Assembly (NCBI GenBank): GCA_038060295.1
Contig: JBBTHR010000028.1
Location: 234 to 64,233, forward strand
Direction: 5' to 3'
Length of the DNA stretch: 64,000 bases
From: Candidatus Eiseniibacteriota bacterium
Lineage (GTDB): Bacteria > Eisenbacteria > RBG-16-71-46 > SZUA-252
In this document: piece by piece, positions 47,500-56,885 of the stretch
How the letters are laid out: each line of letters starts with the position of its first letter
How positions within the stretch are numbered: the first letter of the stretch is position 1
Made by a program: the position numbers and the translations under genes
The notes under the pieces: generated by a model
Databases searched by the model: none
Told to the model about the DNA's origin: nothing
The model's input: only the letters and a program-made list of their open reading frames with translations

Positions 47500-50073
47500 C
47501 TACTTGACCACGACGATCTTCCGCGTCTTCACTTCGCCCGCCGCGTTCAGTTTGAGCCAGTAGACGCCGGCCGCGGCCTTCGCACCGTTCCTCAGCGTTC
47601 CATCCCACCTCAGCGTGTGGCGCCCCCGCGTCAGGGTGCCCGCGAAGATGGCGCGCGCCAGCCGCCCCTGCACGTCGTAGAGGTTCGCGATGACGGGGCC
47701 GGCCTGCGGCATGGCGAGATCGAAGTCGCTGCCCCGCGTCGTGGGCGACGGGCGTGGCGCCCCGAGAGTCACGGAGGGGACCGGCGCGACCTCCTCATCG
47801 ACCGACGTGACCGTGGAGCCGGAGAAGAACATCAGATCGTCGATGGCCGCCTCCACGACCGATCCGGCGCCGAGATCCTGCGCGACGAATCGAATGCGGA
47901 ACACTCCTGGCGTGGGAAACCGATCGGTGACCTTGACCTCGACCCGCTCCCAGAAATTCCGCGTGTCGTAGAGCGAATCGGCCGCCGTCCAGGTCGCGCC
48001 GCCGTCGTTCGAGAGGAGCGTGATGAAGGGGTCCTCGCCCGCTCCCGAGCCGGCGTTGTTGGAATACCACCGCCAGTAGGCTACGCGCGGGTCGACGATG
48101 CCGGCGAGATTCAGGACGGGGCTCGTGAGCGTGGTCTTCCCGTTGTCGACGTCGGCCTCGCCGATCGCTCCAGTGGCGCCGTTGCCCGTGACGAAGCAGT
48201 TGATCCCGGGGTCGGGCGTGTTGTCGTTCGGGGGCTGGACTTCGCCGGGCGCTCCGACCCCGTCGCCGCCGGGCGCGGGATGCTGGGCGGCGCCGAGCGG
48301 CGTGCCGCGGCCGGACGGCAGGAACGGAAGCCGGGGGGCGCCGGAGATGACCCGCATCGTCGTGGTTCCGACGGGGGGCGCCTGCAGCCACTGCCCGGTC
48401 GTCGCGTTGTCGCTGGGATCGCCGATCGTCCAGGAGCCGAACGTCTCGGCGTCGTCATAGAAGGGGACCGGCGTCAGCGGGAAGTTCAGCGTCGTCATTT
48501 GTCCCTGGGTCACGGTTCCCGATCGTAGTGCCGTCAGGAATCCCGGGCGATCCACCTTCACGGGATAGGTGCCCACCGGAATCGCGTTGAAGGAGTAGAT
48601 GCCGCTCGGGCTCGACTCTCCGAGGAGCGGCGTTCCGATCACCTCCACCGGAGAGTTGCTCAGCAGGGCGCTGCTCACAGCATTCCGAGTCTCGCCTCGG
48701 AGGATGCCGGTGGGAAGGAGCGGTGTCACGAAATCGTGCGTGTAGCTGCCGCCGTTCCCCACGTTCAGCGTGGCGGTCGCGTTCTGATAGCCGAACTTGG
48801 AGGCCTCGAGCTCGCCGGCCGCGTTCACCGAGGCCGCCAGGCTGTAGGTCCCGTTCGCAGCCGTGATCGCCTCCGATTCCGACGTGTGGTCGTGAACCAC
48901 CGCTCCCGCCACGACCGCGCCGCCGGCGCTCTCCCGCACCGTCCCGCGCACGACGCCGTACTGCGCGTCGACCCGGAACACATGAAGTCCGTTCGAGATG
49001 TCGCTGGTGACGAAGATCCCCGAAGGGAAATAGGGCGCCACGCCCCACACGCCATCGTAGCCGCCGTCGGCCCCCAGGAAGGTGTCGTAGTAGGCGAACT
49101 CGACCGGCTTCGTCGGATCGGTGATGTCGTAGAGCCGGATGCCGGCCGTGTAGTAGGAGACGAATGCCGTGTCGCCCTTGACGTGGACGTTGTGCCCGAT
49201 GTGGGCCGGAAGATCGGTGAACGTGTAGCGCAAGATCGGCGTTCCCGGGCCGCTGATGTCGTAGACCTTGGGCTTTCCGCCCGAATTCTCCTCCGTCACG
49301 ATCAGATAGTCGCCATTCTTCGTCGTCCAGGAGTTGTGGGTGAAGTTGGCAGGTGTGCTCCAGCGCTTCAGCTCCACCGTCGCCGCTCCCGCGTAGAGAT
49401 TGGTCGGCGTCGTGAGGTCGAGGATCGACTCGAAGCCGTCGTTGATGGCCGAGACGTAGCCGAGCGTTCCCCGCAGGTGGAAATCGTGGACGTAGTAGTC
49501 GGAGAAGACGCCGATTTCCTGGGGGCTAGTGGGACTCGCGTTGGTCGCGCCCGCCTGCGGCTGGAGCGCGAGCGCCACCAGGCCGACCGAGGTACCGTTG
49601 CAGTAGAGAATGGCCCGCGTGGTATCGATCGACACCGTGTGAGCAGTGTCGAACCCGGTGCGATAGGTCTTCACGAGGCGCGGGTTGTCGGGGTTCTCCA
49701 TGCTGATGATTTGAATTCCACGCCCCGTTCCGGTGCCCTCGGAGCATACGTAGACCCAGTCGCGGTACTGCTTCATCTCGCGCCAGTCGCTGGCGGGGCC
49801 GCCGATGAAGTCGACCTCGACCGGATTTCGCGGATCGGTGAGTCGCACGATCGACGTTCCGGTCGTGGTGCCGAGGATGGCGTACTCGCGACCATCGTGA
49901 TGAACATAGGACCAGCAGGCAGAATAGCCCGCGTAGTTGTCCATCTGGGAGAGAAGCTCCACGTTCCGGCCCCGCGGCTGGGCGTGGGCTTGGCCGGCGG
50001 CGGCGAGAGCGCTTCCGACGAGGAGCGATGCGAGGACGAGCGTGCGAGCGAGACGGCGCGGCGATCCGGTCAA
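47500..50073 (-). CDS. large secreted choice-of-anchor-B/LVIVD-repeat protein with carboxypeptidase-regulatory-like domains and FlgD-Ig-like C-terminal domain
   Basis: Signal peptide. N-terminal LLSQMDNYAGYSACWSYVHHDGREYAILG beta-propeller-type repeats. C-terminal GRHTLRWDGTLRNGAKAAAGVYWLKLNA. Confidence 0.78.
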   Translation of the reverse strand: MTGSPRRLARTLVLASLLVGSALAAAGQAHAQPRGRNVELLSQMDNYAGYSACWSYVHHDGREYAILGTTTGTSIVRLTDPRNPVEVDFIGGPASDWREMKQYRDWVYVCSEGTGTGRGIQIISMENPDNPRLVKTYRTGFDTAHTVSIDTTRAILYCNGTSVGLVALALQPQAGATNASPTSPQEIGVFSDYYVHDFHLRGTLGYVSAINDGFESILDLTTPTNLYAGAATVELKRWSTPANFTHNSWTTKNGDYLIVTEENSGGKPKVYDISGPGTPILRYTFTDLPAHIGHNVHVKGDTAFVSYYTAGIRLYDITDPTKPVEFAYYDTFLGADGGYDGVWGVAPYFPSGIFVTSDISNGLHVFRVDAQYGVVRGTVRESAGGAVVAGAVVHDHTSESEAITAANGTYSLAASVNAAGELEASKFGYQNATATLNVGNGGSYTHDFVTPLLPTGILRGETRNAVSSALLSNSPVEVIGTPLLGESSPSGIYSFNAIPVGTYPVKVDRPGFLTALRSGTVTQGQMTTLNFPLTPVPFYDDAETFGSWTIGDPSDNATTGQWLQAPPVGTTTMRVISGAPRLPFLPSGRGTPLGAAQHPAPGGDGVGAPGEVQPPNDNTPDPGINCFVTGNGATGAIGEADVDNGKTTLTSPVLNLAGIVDPRVAYWRWYSNNAGSGAGEDPFITLLSNDGGATWTAADSLYDTRNFWERVEVKVTDRFPTPGVFRIRFVAQDLGAGSVVEAAIDDLMFFSGSTVTSVDEEVAPVPSVTLGAPRPSPTTRGSDFDLAMPQAGPVIANLYDVQGRLARAIFAGTLTRGRHTLRWDGTLRNGAKAAAGVYWLKLNAAGEVKTRKIVVVK

Positions 50074-50330
50074 GACGACCTCCTGAAGTCGTTGCGGGCG
50101 TTATTCCCCTGATAACGCGCCGCGCGGAACGCGGCGAGAGACGATGACGATATCACATATCATGATAAAAGGCAATGGGTTGCGGCCCATTTCTCCCGCG
50201 CCGCGCGAGCCGAGATAGATAGGGAATGAATCGCCTCCCCCCTCCCCGTACGATGGTGTGGCCCGGCGCTTGGGGGGGTAGCCCCGCCGGAGGCCCGGCG
50301 CTTCCCGTCGTCCCGACCGAGGAACTTCTC

Positions 50331-51608
50331 ATGTCCAACCCACTGCCTTCCTCCGCGCCGCGAATCGCCGTGATCGGCGCCGGGCCCATCGGGCTCGAGT
50401 CCGCGCTGGAAGGCGCGCGCCGCGGATTCGATATCGAGATCTACGAGGCCGGGCGCGTGGCGGAGCACCTGCGGCGCTTCGCGTGGGTCACCCTCTTCAC
50501 GCCGTTCGCCATGAACGCCAGCGAACGGGGTAGGGCGCGGCTGCGCGAGACCGGCGCCGACCTTCCCTCGGACGACGCGATTCTCACGGCGGGAGCGTTC
50601 GTCGCCCGCTACCTGGAGCCGCTCTCGCGGCTGCCGGAACTCTCAGGGCGCATTCGAGAGCGATCGCGGGTTTCGCAGATCGGACGCGAGGGGGTGTCGA
50701 AGTCCGAGGCGATCATGGCCGCCGGAGATCGGTCGCGGGTCGGCCGGAAGTTCCTTCTTCGCGTGGAGTCGAAAGGTGAAGCGACCCGATTCGAGAGTGC
50801 CGATGCCGTGATCGACGCCACGGGTGTCTACGGTACGCCGCGGGACACGGGCCCGGGTGGGCTGCCCGCGCTGGGCGAGGAGGAACTCGCGGAGCGGATC
50901 GATCGGCACCTCGTCCCGATTCTCGACTCGGCGAGTCCGAGATACGCGGGGCGCCGGGTCCTCCTGGTCGGGGATGGGTACTCGGCCGCGACCGCGCTGG
51001 TGGAACTGGCGGCGCTGGCCGATCGCGGCGAGGCGCCGGCCGTCACCTGGATTCCACGCGGTGCGGCCGGAACGGGGCCGTTCCACTTGCAAGCCGCCGA
51101 TCCGCTGCCCGAGCGCGCGCAACTCGGCGCGCGGGCAGGCAGGATCGCGCGGACCGCGGCGTGGCTCACGACCTTCCCGGGCGCGGTGATCGAGTCGTAC
51201 GCGCCCCGCGGCGGCACGGTTCACGTCACGCTTCGAGAAATGAACGGGGACGCGCGGACGGTTGAGGTCGACCAGATCCTCGCGCTCGCGGGGTATCGCC
51301 CCGACGCGGCGATCCACCGGGAGCTGCACGTACATCTCTGCTACGCCAGCGAGGGGCCGATGGCGCTCGCGAGCGCCGTCCTGGCGGCGTCGATCGCCTC
51401 GCCAGGCGCGGCGGGCGATTGCCTGCGGCAGACGACCCACGGGGCCGAAACGCTCCGGAATCCCGAGCCCGGTTTCTTCCTGGCGGGAGCCAAATCGTAC
51501 GGGCGGAACCCCCAGTTCCTCCTCTCCCTGGGCCACCGTCAGATCGAGGAGATCTTCGGACTGCTCGAGGCAGACCTGGCGGCGACAGGGGGAACCGTCT
51601 CGCCCTGA
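50331..51608 (+). CDS. FAD/NAD(P)-binding oxidoreductase
   Basis: GAGGAA upstream of ATG 50331. RIAVIGAGPIGLESALE Rossmann motif and second dinucleotide motif RVLLVGDGYSAAT. Confidence 0.7.
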   Translation: MSNPLPSSAPRIAVIGAGPIGLESALEGARRGFDIEIYEAGRVAEHLRRFAWVTLFTPFAMNASERGRARLRETGADLPSDDAILTAGAFVARYLEPLSRLPELSGRIRERSRVSQIGREGVSKSEAIMAAGDRSRVGRKFLLRVESKGEATRFESADAVIDATGVYGTPRDTGPGGLPALGEEELAERIDRHLVPILDSASPRYAGRRVLLVGDGYSAATALVELAALADRGEAPAVTWIPRGAAGTGPFHLQAADPLPERAQLGARAGRIARTAAWLTTFPGAVIESYAPRGGTVHVTLREMNGDARTVEVDQILALAGYRPDAAIHRELHVHLCYASEGPMALASAVLAASIASPGAAGDCLRQTTHGAETLRNPEPGFFLAGAKSYGRNPQFLLSLGHRQIEEIFGLLEADLAATGGTVSP

Positions 51609-51728
51609 GAGGGCCGCTGGAAAGAGCCCGCGCCGGAGCGTAAACTGGGCGGGAACCACGAATGAACCGCGGACCGCGGGGGGCGCCGGACGGCGCGCCG
51701 GGCGGCCGCCTCGGGAGGCACGTACTCG

Positions 51729-52862
51729 ATGTCCGACACGAAAGCCGCGACGGCCAGCCAGCCCAGCATCCAGGCGCCGGATGACTTCCTGAAAATCCGA
51801 GGAACCGACCATGTCGAGTTCTACGTCGGCAACGCGAAGCAGGCCGCCTACTACTACGCCCACGCGTTCGGATTCGCCGTGGTCGCCTACTCCGGCCTGG
51901 AGACCGGCGTGCGCGATCGCGCTTCGTACGCCCTGCAGCAGGGAAAGGTCCGCTTCGTCCTCACGGCGCCGCTGGGGCCCGAAGGGGCGCTCGCGGAGCA
52001 CGTTCACCGCCACGGCGACGGGGTGAAGGACATCGCCCTCGACGTGGAAGACGTCGATCGCGCCTACGAGGGGACGACGAAGCGGGGGGCCCGATCGATC
52101 GCCGAACCCCACGACGTCACGGACGAGCACGGCACGGTCCGTCGCGCCGCCATCGCCACGTACGGCGATACGATCCACTCCTTCGTCGACCGGACGAAAT
52201 ACCGGGGCCCCTTCCTCCCGGGGTTCAAGGCAACCGGGATGGCCGCCGCGGAAGGACCTCTCCTCTACGTCGACCACATGGTCGGAAATGTCCCGCTGGG
52301 AGACATGAACCGCTACGTCGCCTACTACCGCGACGTCATGGGCTTCTCCCTGTGGCAGCATTTCGACGAGAAGGACATCTCCACGGAATACTCCGCGCTC
52401 ATGTCCAAGGTAATGGCCGACGGATCGGGGCGGATCAAGTTCCCGATCAACGAGCCGGCCGAGGGAAGGCGGAAATCGCAGATCGAGGAGTACCTCGAGT
52501 ACTACCGCGGCGCCGGCGTCCAGCACGTCGCGCTGGCGACGAAGGACATCATCGGCACGGTTTCCCGGCTCCGCGACAGCGGTGTGGCGTTCTTGACCGT
52601 GCCGCCGTCGTACTACGAGATGCTTCCGGACCGCGTGGGGAAAATCGACGAGGACGTCGCGACCCTGGCGAAGTTAGGCATCCTGGTCGACCGGGACGAG
52701 GAGGGTTACCTCCTCCAGCTCTTCACGAAGCCGGTGGAGGACCGTCCCACCGTCTTCTACGAGATCATCCAGCGCAAGGGGAGCCGGGGCTTCGGCAAAG
52801 GCAATTTCAAGGCGCTCTTTGAATCGATCGAACGCGAGCAGGCGCTGCGGGGGAACCTCTAG
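51729..52862 (+). CDS. hppD: 4-hydroxyphenylpyruvate dioxygenase
   Basis: [27 protein letters not shown]-terminal [18 protein letters not shown]. Confidence 0.93.
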   Translation: MSDTKAATASQPSIQAPDDFLKIRGTDHVEFYVGNAKQAAYYYAHAFGFAVVAYSGLETGVRDRASYALQQGKVRFVLTAPLGPEGALAEHVHRHGDGVKDIALDVEDVDRAYEGTTKRGARSIAEPHDVTDEHGTVRRAAIATYGDTIHSFVDRTKYRGPFLPGFKATGMAAAEGPLLYVDHMVGNVPLGDMNRYVAYYRDVMGFSLWQHFDEKDISTEYSALMSKVMADGSGRIKFPINEPAEGRRKSQIEEYLEYYRGAGVQHVALATKDIIGTVSRLRDSGVAFLTVPPSYYEMLPDRVGKIDEDVATLAKLGILVDRDEEGYLLQLFTKPVEDRPTVFYEIIQRKGSRGFGKGNFKALFESIEREQALRGNL

Positions 52863-52867
52863 GCCCG

Positions 52868-53839
52868 ATGCGTCTCGTCTCGTTCGCCGCGGCCGGGCTC
52901 GCCACGGGCGCCGGCCGCGCGCTCGGCGCGCTCGAGGGGGACCAGGTCCTGGCCCTGGGGCGCGCCGCCGTGCTCCTGGGGCGCCCCGAAGTGGAGGCGG
53001 CTCGCCTCGCCACCCTCGAAACGATGCTCGATTCCTGGAACGAGCAGCTGGCGCTGGCTCGCGAGGTGCTCGCGGAGGCCGCGACCCCGGCCGGCGCCAC
53101 GGCGACCGCCATCGCCCGGCGGCCGTTCGATTCGCTCTCCATCCTTCCGCCGGTCGCGCACCCGCCGACGATCCGGGATGCCTACTGCTTCGAGGAACAC
53201 GTGAAGAACGCCCGGGCTCGCCGCGGCCTCATGGTGCCGCAGGAGTGGTACGAGATGCCGGTCTTCTACTACTCGAATCCTGGCGCGCTGGTCGGGCATC
53301 GAAGCCCCGTGCGCAAGCCGCACTGGACCGAGGCGCTCGACTACGAGCTGGAACTGGGCTGGGTGATCGGTACCAAGGCGCGCGACGTTCGCGCGGAGGA
53401 GTGGAGGAGCGTCGTCGCCGGTTTCACGATCCTGAACGACTGGAGCGCCCGCGACGTCCAGCGCCGCGAGATGGCGGTGGGGCTCGGACCGGCGAAGGGG
53501 AAGGATTTCGCCACGTCGCTCGGACCGTCGCTCGTGACGCTCGACGAATTCGAAGGCGCCTGGGACGGGGACCGGCTCCGTCTGGCCATGGAGGCGACCG
53601 TGAACGGCACGGTGCTCTCGCGGGGAAACGCAGGCTCCATGCGTTACACGGTCGGGGAGGTCATTGCCCGCGCTTCGCAGGACGTGTATCTTTTTCCGGG
53701 CGACGTCTTCGGCTCGGGAACGGTCGGAACAGGCTGTCTTCTCGAACTGGGCACAGACGTCCATCGCTACCTTCAGCCCGGCGACGAGGTGACGCTCACC
53801 ATCGAGCGGCTCGGCGCTCTCACGAATCCCATCGTCTGA
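52868..53839 (+). CDS. fumarylacetoacetate hydrolase-family protein (short, FAA_hydrolase C-terminal domain)
   Basis: YELELGWVIG, DWSARDVQ, GDVFGSGTVGTGC. Confidence 0.88.
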   Translation: MRLVSFAAAGLATGAGRALGALEGDQVLALGRAAVLLGRPEVEAARLATLETMLDSWNEQLALAREVLAEAATPAGATATAIARRPFDSLSILPPVAHPPTIRDAYCFEEHVKNARARRGLMVPQEWYEMPVFYYSNPGALVGHRSPVRKPHWTEALDYELELGWVIGTKARDVRAEEWRSVVAGFTILNDWSARDVQRREMAVGLGPAKGKDFATSLGPSLVTLDEFEGAWDGDRLRLAMEATVNGTVLSRGNAGSMRYTVGEVIARASQDVYLFPGDVFGSGTVGTGCLLELGTDVHRYLQPGDEVTLTIERLGALTNPIV

Positions 53840-53847
53840 GGTGACCG

Positions 53848-55038
53848 ATGCCGACCTACTTCTCACTCGGGCAGATTCCGCCCAAGCGGCACACGCAGTT
53901 CCGCCGCCCCGATGGAAAGCTCTACACCGAGCAGCTGATGGGCTCCCGCGGCTTCTCCGGCCGCGCCTCCCTCATCTATCACCACAACATGCCGACCCAG
54001 GTCCGTGAGATCCGGAAGATCCAGGATTGTTCGGTCGCCTACGCGACCGAGCAGGGGCTCCGCCACTACCACTTCAAGACGAAGCCGCTCGTGAAGAGCG
54101 GCGATCCGGTTACGGGGCGGGTCGTGCTGCTCCACAACAGCGACGTTTCCATGGCGATCGCGGTGCCCGACCAGCCGATGAACTACTTCTACCGGAACGG
54201 CCAGGGTGACGACGTCTACTTCATTCACGAGGGGACGGGCCGCCTTGAGACGATCTTCGGCGAGCTTCACTACCGGCCGGGCGACTACGTGGTGATCCCG
54301 CGCGGAACGACGTACCGGTTCCAGCCGAACGCGGACGCCCAGCGATACCTCGTCATGGAGTCGGTCTCGTCGGTGGAGACGCCGCAGCGTTACCGGAACG
54401 AGTACGGGCAACTCCTGGAGCACGCGCCGATGTGCGAGCGGGACATCCGCCGCCCGGAGCGCCTGGAGACGTTCGTGGAGCAGGGGAAGTTCGAGGTCCG
54501 GATCAAGGCGCGGAACCAGATCACCGCCTACGAGTTCGACTACCATCCGCTCGACGTGGTCGGCTGGGACGGGTATCTCTATCCCTACATCTTCAACATA
54601 GAGGACTTCGAGCCGATCACCGGGCGCGTCCACCAGCCTCCCCCCGTCCACCAGACATTCGAGGGACGGAACTTCGTGATCTGCTCGTTCGTGCCGCGGA
54701 TGTACGACTACCATCCGCTCGCGGTTCCGGTGCCGTACAACCACTCGAACGTCGACTCGGACGAGGTGCTCTACTACGTGAACGGAAATTTCATGAGCCG
54801 CCGCGGCATCGAGGTCGGCTCCTTCACGCTCCATCCGTCGGGGATTCCGCACGGGCCGCATCCGGGCGCCACCGAGGCGTCGCTTGGAGCCAAGGAGACG
54901 AAGGAACTGGCGGTCATGCTCGACACGTTCCACCCGCTCTACGTCACGACCGAGGCCGAGGCCTACGACGACAAGAGCTACCCCTATTCGTGGCTGGAGC
55001 CGACGGGGAAGTTCACGGGCGAAGGCGCGACCGGATGA
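53848..55038 (+). CDS. hmgA: homogentisate 1,2-dioxygenase (short ~390-aa type)
   Basis: MPTYFSLGQIPPKRHTQFR...GSRGFSG...LHPSGIPHGPHPG, and its position inside the hppD/FAH cluster. Confidence 0.82.
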   Translation: MPTYFSLGQIPPKRHTQFRRPDGKLYTEQLMGSRGFSGRASLIYHHNMPTQVREIRKIQDCSVAYATEQGLRHYHFKTKPLVKSGDPVTGRVVLLHNSDVSMAIAVPDQPMNYFYRNGQGDDVYFIHEGTGRLETIFGELHYRPGDYVVIPRGTTYRFQPNADAQRYLVMESVSSVETPQRYRNEYGQLLEHAPMCERDIRRPERLETFVEQGKFEVRIKARNQITAYEFDYHPLDVVGWDGYLYPYIFNIEDFEPITGRVHQPPPVHQTFEGRNFVICSFVPRMYDYHPLAVPVPYNHSNVDSDEVLYYVNGNFMSRRGIEVGSFTLHPSGIPHGPHPGATEASLGAKETKELAVMLDTFHPLYVTTEAEAYDDKSYPYSWLEPTGKFTGEGATG

Positions 55039-55048
55039 CGGGCGCCGC

Positions 55049-55696
55049 GTGAACGGCGGCGTCCCCGCGTTCCGGGAGATCGATCCCGCCGCCATCGCGC
55101 CGGCCGAGGCGTACGCGCTATTGACAGGGTGCGTGGTGCCGAGGCCGATCGCGTTCGTCTCCTCGCTGTCTAAGGCCGGGGTGGCGAACCTCGCCCCGTT
55201 TTCCTTCTTCAATGCGGGCGGCGCGCATCCTCCCTCCGTGGTCTTCATGCCGGTGACGACCGGGACCGGCCGCGACAAGGACACGCTCCACAACGTTCGG
55301 GAGACGGGGGAGTTCGTCATCCACATCGTTCCCTGGTCGCTGCGGGAGCGGATGAACCTGGCCTCGGCCGACTATCCGCCCGACGCAGACGAGTTCCTGG
55401 AAGCGGGGTTCACCAAGGCGCCCAGCGTGAAGGTGAAGCCCTTTCGCGCGGCCGAATGCCCGGTGGCGCTGGAGTGCAAGCTATTCCGGATCGTGGAGCA
55501 CGGCGAGGGGCCCTACCACGCGAACTACGTGATCGGTGAGGTAGTCTATTTCCATCTCGCGGAGGCGGTGCTCACGAACGGCCGCGTCGACGCCGCGAAG
55601 CTGGACGTGATCGCGCGGCTCGGGGGACCGAACTACACGCGGGTTACGAAGGAGTCGATCTTCGGGATGCCGCGGTCCGTCCTGCCGCCGAAGTGA
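55049..55696 (+). CDS. flavin reductase-family protein
   Basis: GTG 55049. VVPRPIAFVSSLSKAGVANLAPFSFFN is typical of the flavin reductase-like FMN-binding domain. Confidence 0.85.
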   Translation: MNGGVPAFREIDPAAIAPAEAYALLTGCVVPRPIAFVSSLSKAGVANLAPFSFFNAGGAHPPSVVFMPVTTGTGRDKDTLHNVRETGEFVIHIVPWSLRERMNLASADYPPDADEFLEAGFTKAPSVKVKPFRAAECPVALECKLFRIVEHGEGPYHANYVIGEVVYFHLAEAVLTNGRVDAAKLDVIARLGGPNYTRVTKESIFGMPRSVLPPK

Positions 55697-56043
55697 ACCC
55701 CGCGGAATTACGCCGCCTGGCCGCCATCCGGAAGGGACTCTGCCCGCAATGCCGGACGGGACGCGTCTTCGCGGGCGCGCTGACGATGAACGAGCGCTGC
55801 CCGTCGTGCGGGATCGTCTTCAGCCGCGAGCCGGGCTATTTCTCGGGCGCCATGTACTTCAGCTACACCCTGGCCGTCGGCGTCATCCTCGTGCTCTTCC
55901 TCGCGCTGGCGCTGGTCTTGCGCGGATGGCCGATGATGCGCCTTCTCCTCGTGGCGGGACTCCTCTTCGTGCCGTTCATTCCGGCGGTGTTCCGCTATTC
56001 GAGGATTCTTTGGATCCACTTCGACCGGCACTTCGAACCGTAG
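55693..56043 (+). CDS. DUF983 membrane protein
   Basis: CPQCRTGRVF...CPSCG zinc-ribbon-like N-terminus followed by two TM helices. 4-nt overlap with the upstream gene. Confidence 0.75.
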   Translation: MNPAELRRLAAIRKGLCPQCRTGRVFAGALTMNERCPSCGIVFSREPGYFSGAMYFSYTLAVGVILVLFLALALVLRGWPMMRLLLVAGLLFVPFIPAVFRYSRILWIHFDRHFEP

Positions 56044-56054
56044 TGGCGCGCGAG

Positions 56055-56154
56055 GGAGACTGGTCACGCTGGCTGGCGCCGGCCGCGGGCTTCAAACCCG
56101 CCGGGCAACCCCCGCAAGGGTTGTCGTTCGGTTCGATTCCGAAGCCAGTCTCCA
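56055..56154 (+). tRNA. selC: tRNA-Sec (selC-like), anticodon UCA
   Basis: Acceptor GGAGACUG(G) pairs with (C)CAGUCUCC. Anticodon arm GCGGG-CUUCAAA-CCCGC has a loop identical to E. coli selC. 8-bp extra arm GGCAACCC/GGGUUGUC. T-arm UUCGG-UUCGAUU-CCGAA. About 100 nt, no encoded CCA. The D-arm is ambiguous by hand folding. Confidence 0.78.
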
Positions 56155-56185
56155 GACGCACGCGGCGCACCGGAGGGGACATTCG

Positions 56186-56881
56186 ATGAAGCGTCTACAA
56201 GATCTTCTGGCCAAGAACGCCGCCTGGGCCGAGGCCGTCCGTCGCGACGATCCGGCGTTCTTCGAGCGGCTCTCGAACCAGCAGAATCCGGAATACCTCT
56301 GGATCGGTTGCTCCGACAGCCGCGTCCCGGCGAATCAGATCGTCGGGCTTCTCCCGGGGGAGATGTTCGTTCATCGAAACATCGCGAACGTCGTGGTCCA
56401 CACCGATCTCAATTGCCTCTCGGTGATCCAGTTCGCGGTCGATCTCCTCCGCGTGCGGCGCATCATCGTCTGCGGCCATTACGGCTGCTCCGGCGTCATG
56501 GCTGCGCTTCGGCGGCAGACCGTGGGTCTGAGCGACAACTGGCTCCGCCACGTCGAGGACGTCCACGAGAAGCACGAGGTGCTCATCCAGGCGCTGCCCG
56601 ACGAGGCGTCGCGCCACGCACGGCTCTGCGAATTGAACGTCATCGAGCAGGTGGTGAACGTCTGCCAGACCACCGTTCTGCGGGAGGCCTGGGCGCGCGG
56701 CCAGGAGGTCTCGGTGCACGGATGGATCTACGGCGTGAGCGACGGGCTGGTGCGCGATCTCGGCATCGACATCGAGGGGGAGCGCGAGATCGCGGTGCAA
56801 TACCGGGAGGCCCTGGCTCCGCCGTGCGCCCCCACTCCCCAGAGGGTTCTGGACACGGCACGGCCACGCCCGCTATCATAA
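56186..56881 (+). CDS. can: beta-class carbonic anhydrase
   Basis: Close resemblance to E. coli Can: FFERLSNQQNPEYLWIGCSDSRVPANQI, VHRNIANVVVHTDLNCLSV, ICGHYGCSG. Confidence 0.93.
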   Translation: MKRLQDLLAKNAAWAEAVRRDDPAFFERLSNQQNPEYLWIGCSDSRVPANQIVGLLPGEMFVHRNIANVVVHTDLNCLSVIQFAVDLLRVRRIIVCGHYGCSGVMAALRRQTVGLSDNWLRHVEDVHEKHEVLIQALPDEASRHARLCELNVIEQVVNVCQTTVLREAWARGQEVSVHGWIYGVSDGLVRDLGIDIEGEREIAVQYREALAPPCAPTPQRVLDTARPRPLS

Positions 56882-56885
56882 ATAG

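Noticed and set aside
50141-50170. Fur box
   Set aside because: Only about 11 of 19 positions match the GATAATGATAATCATTATC consensus. It is reported only as an unassigned palindrome.
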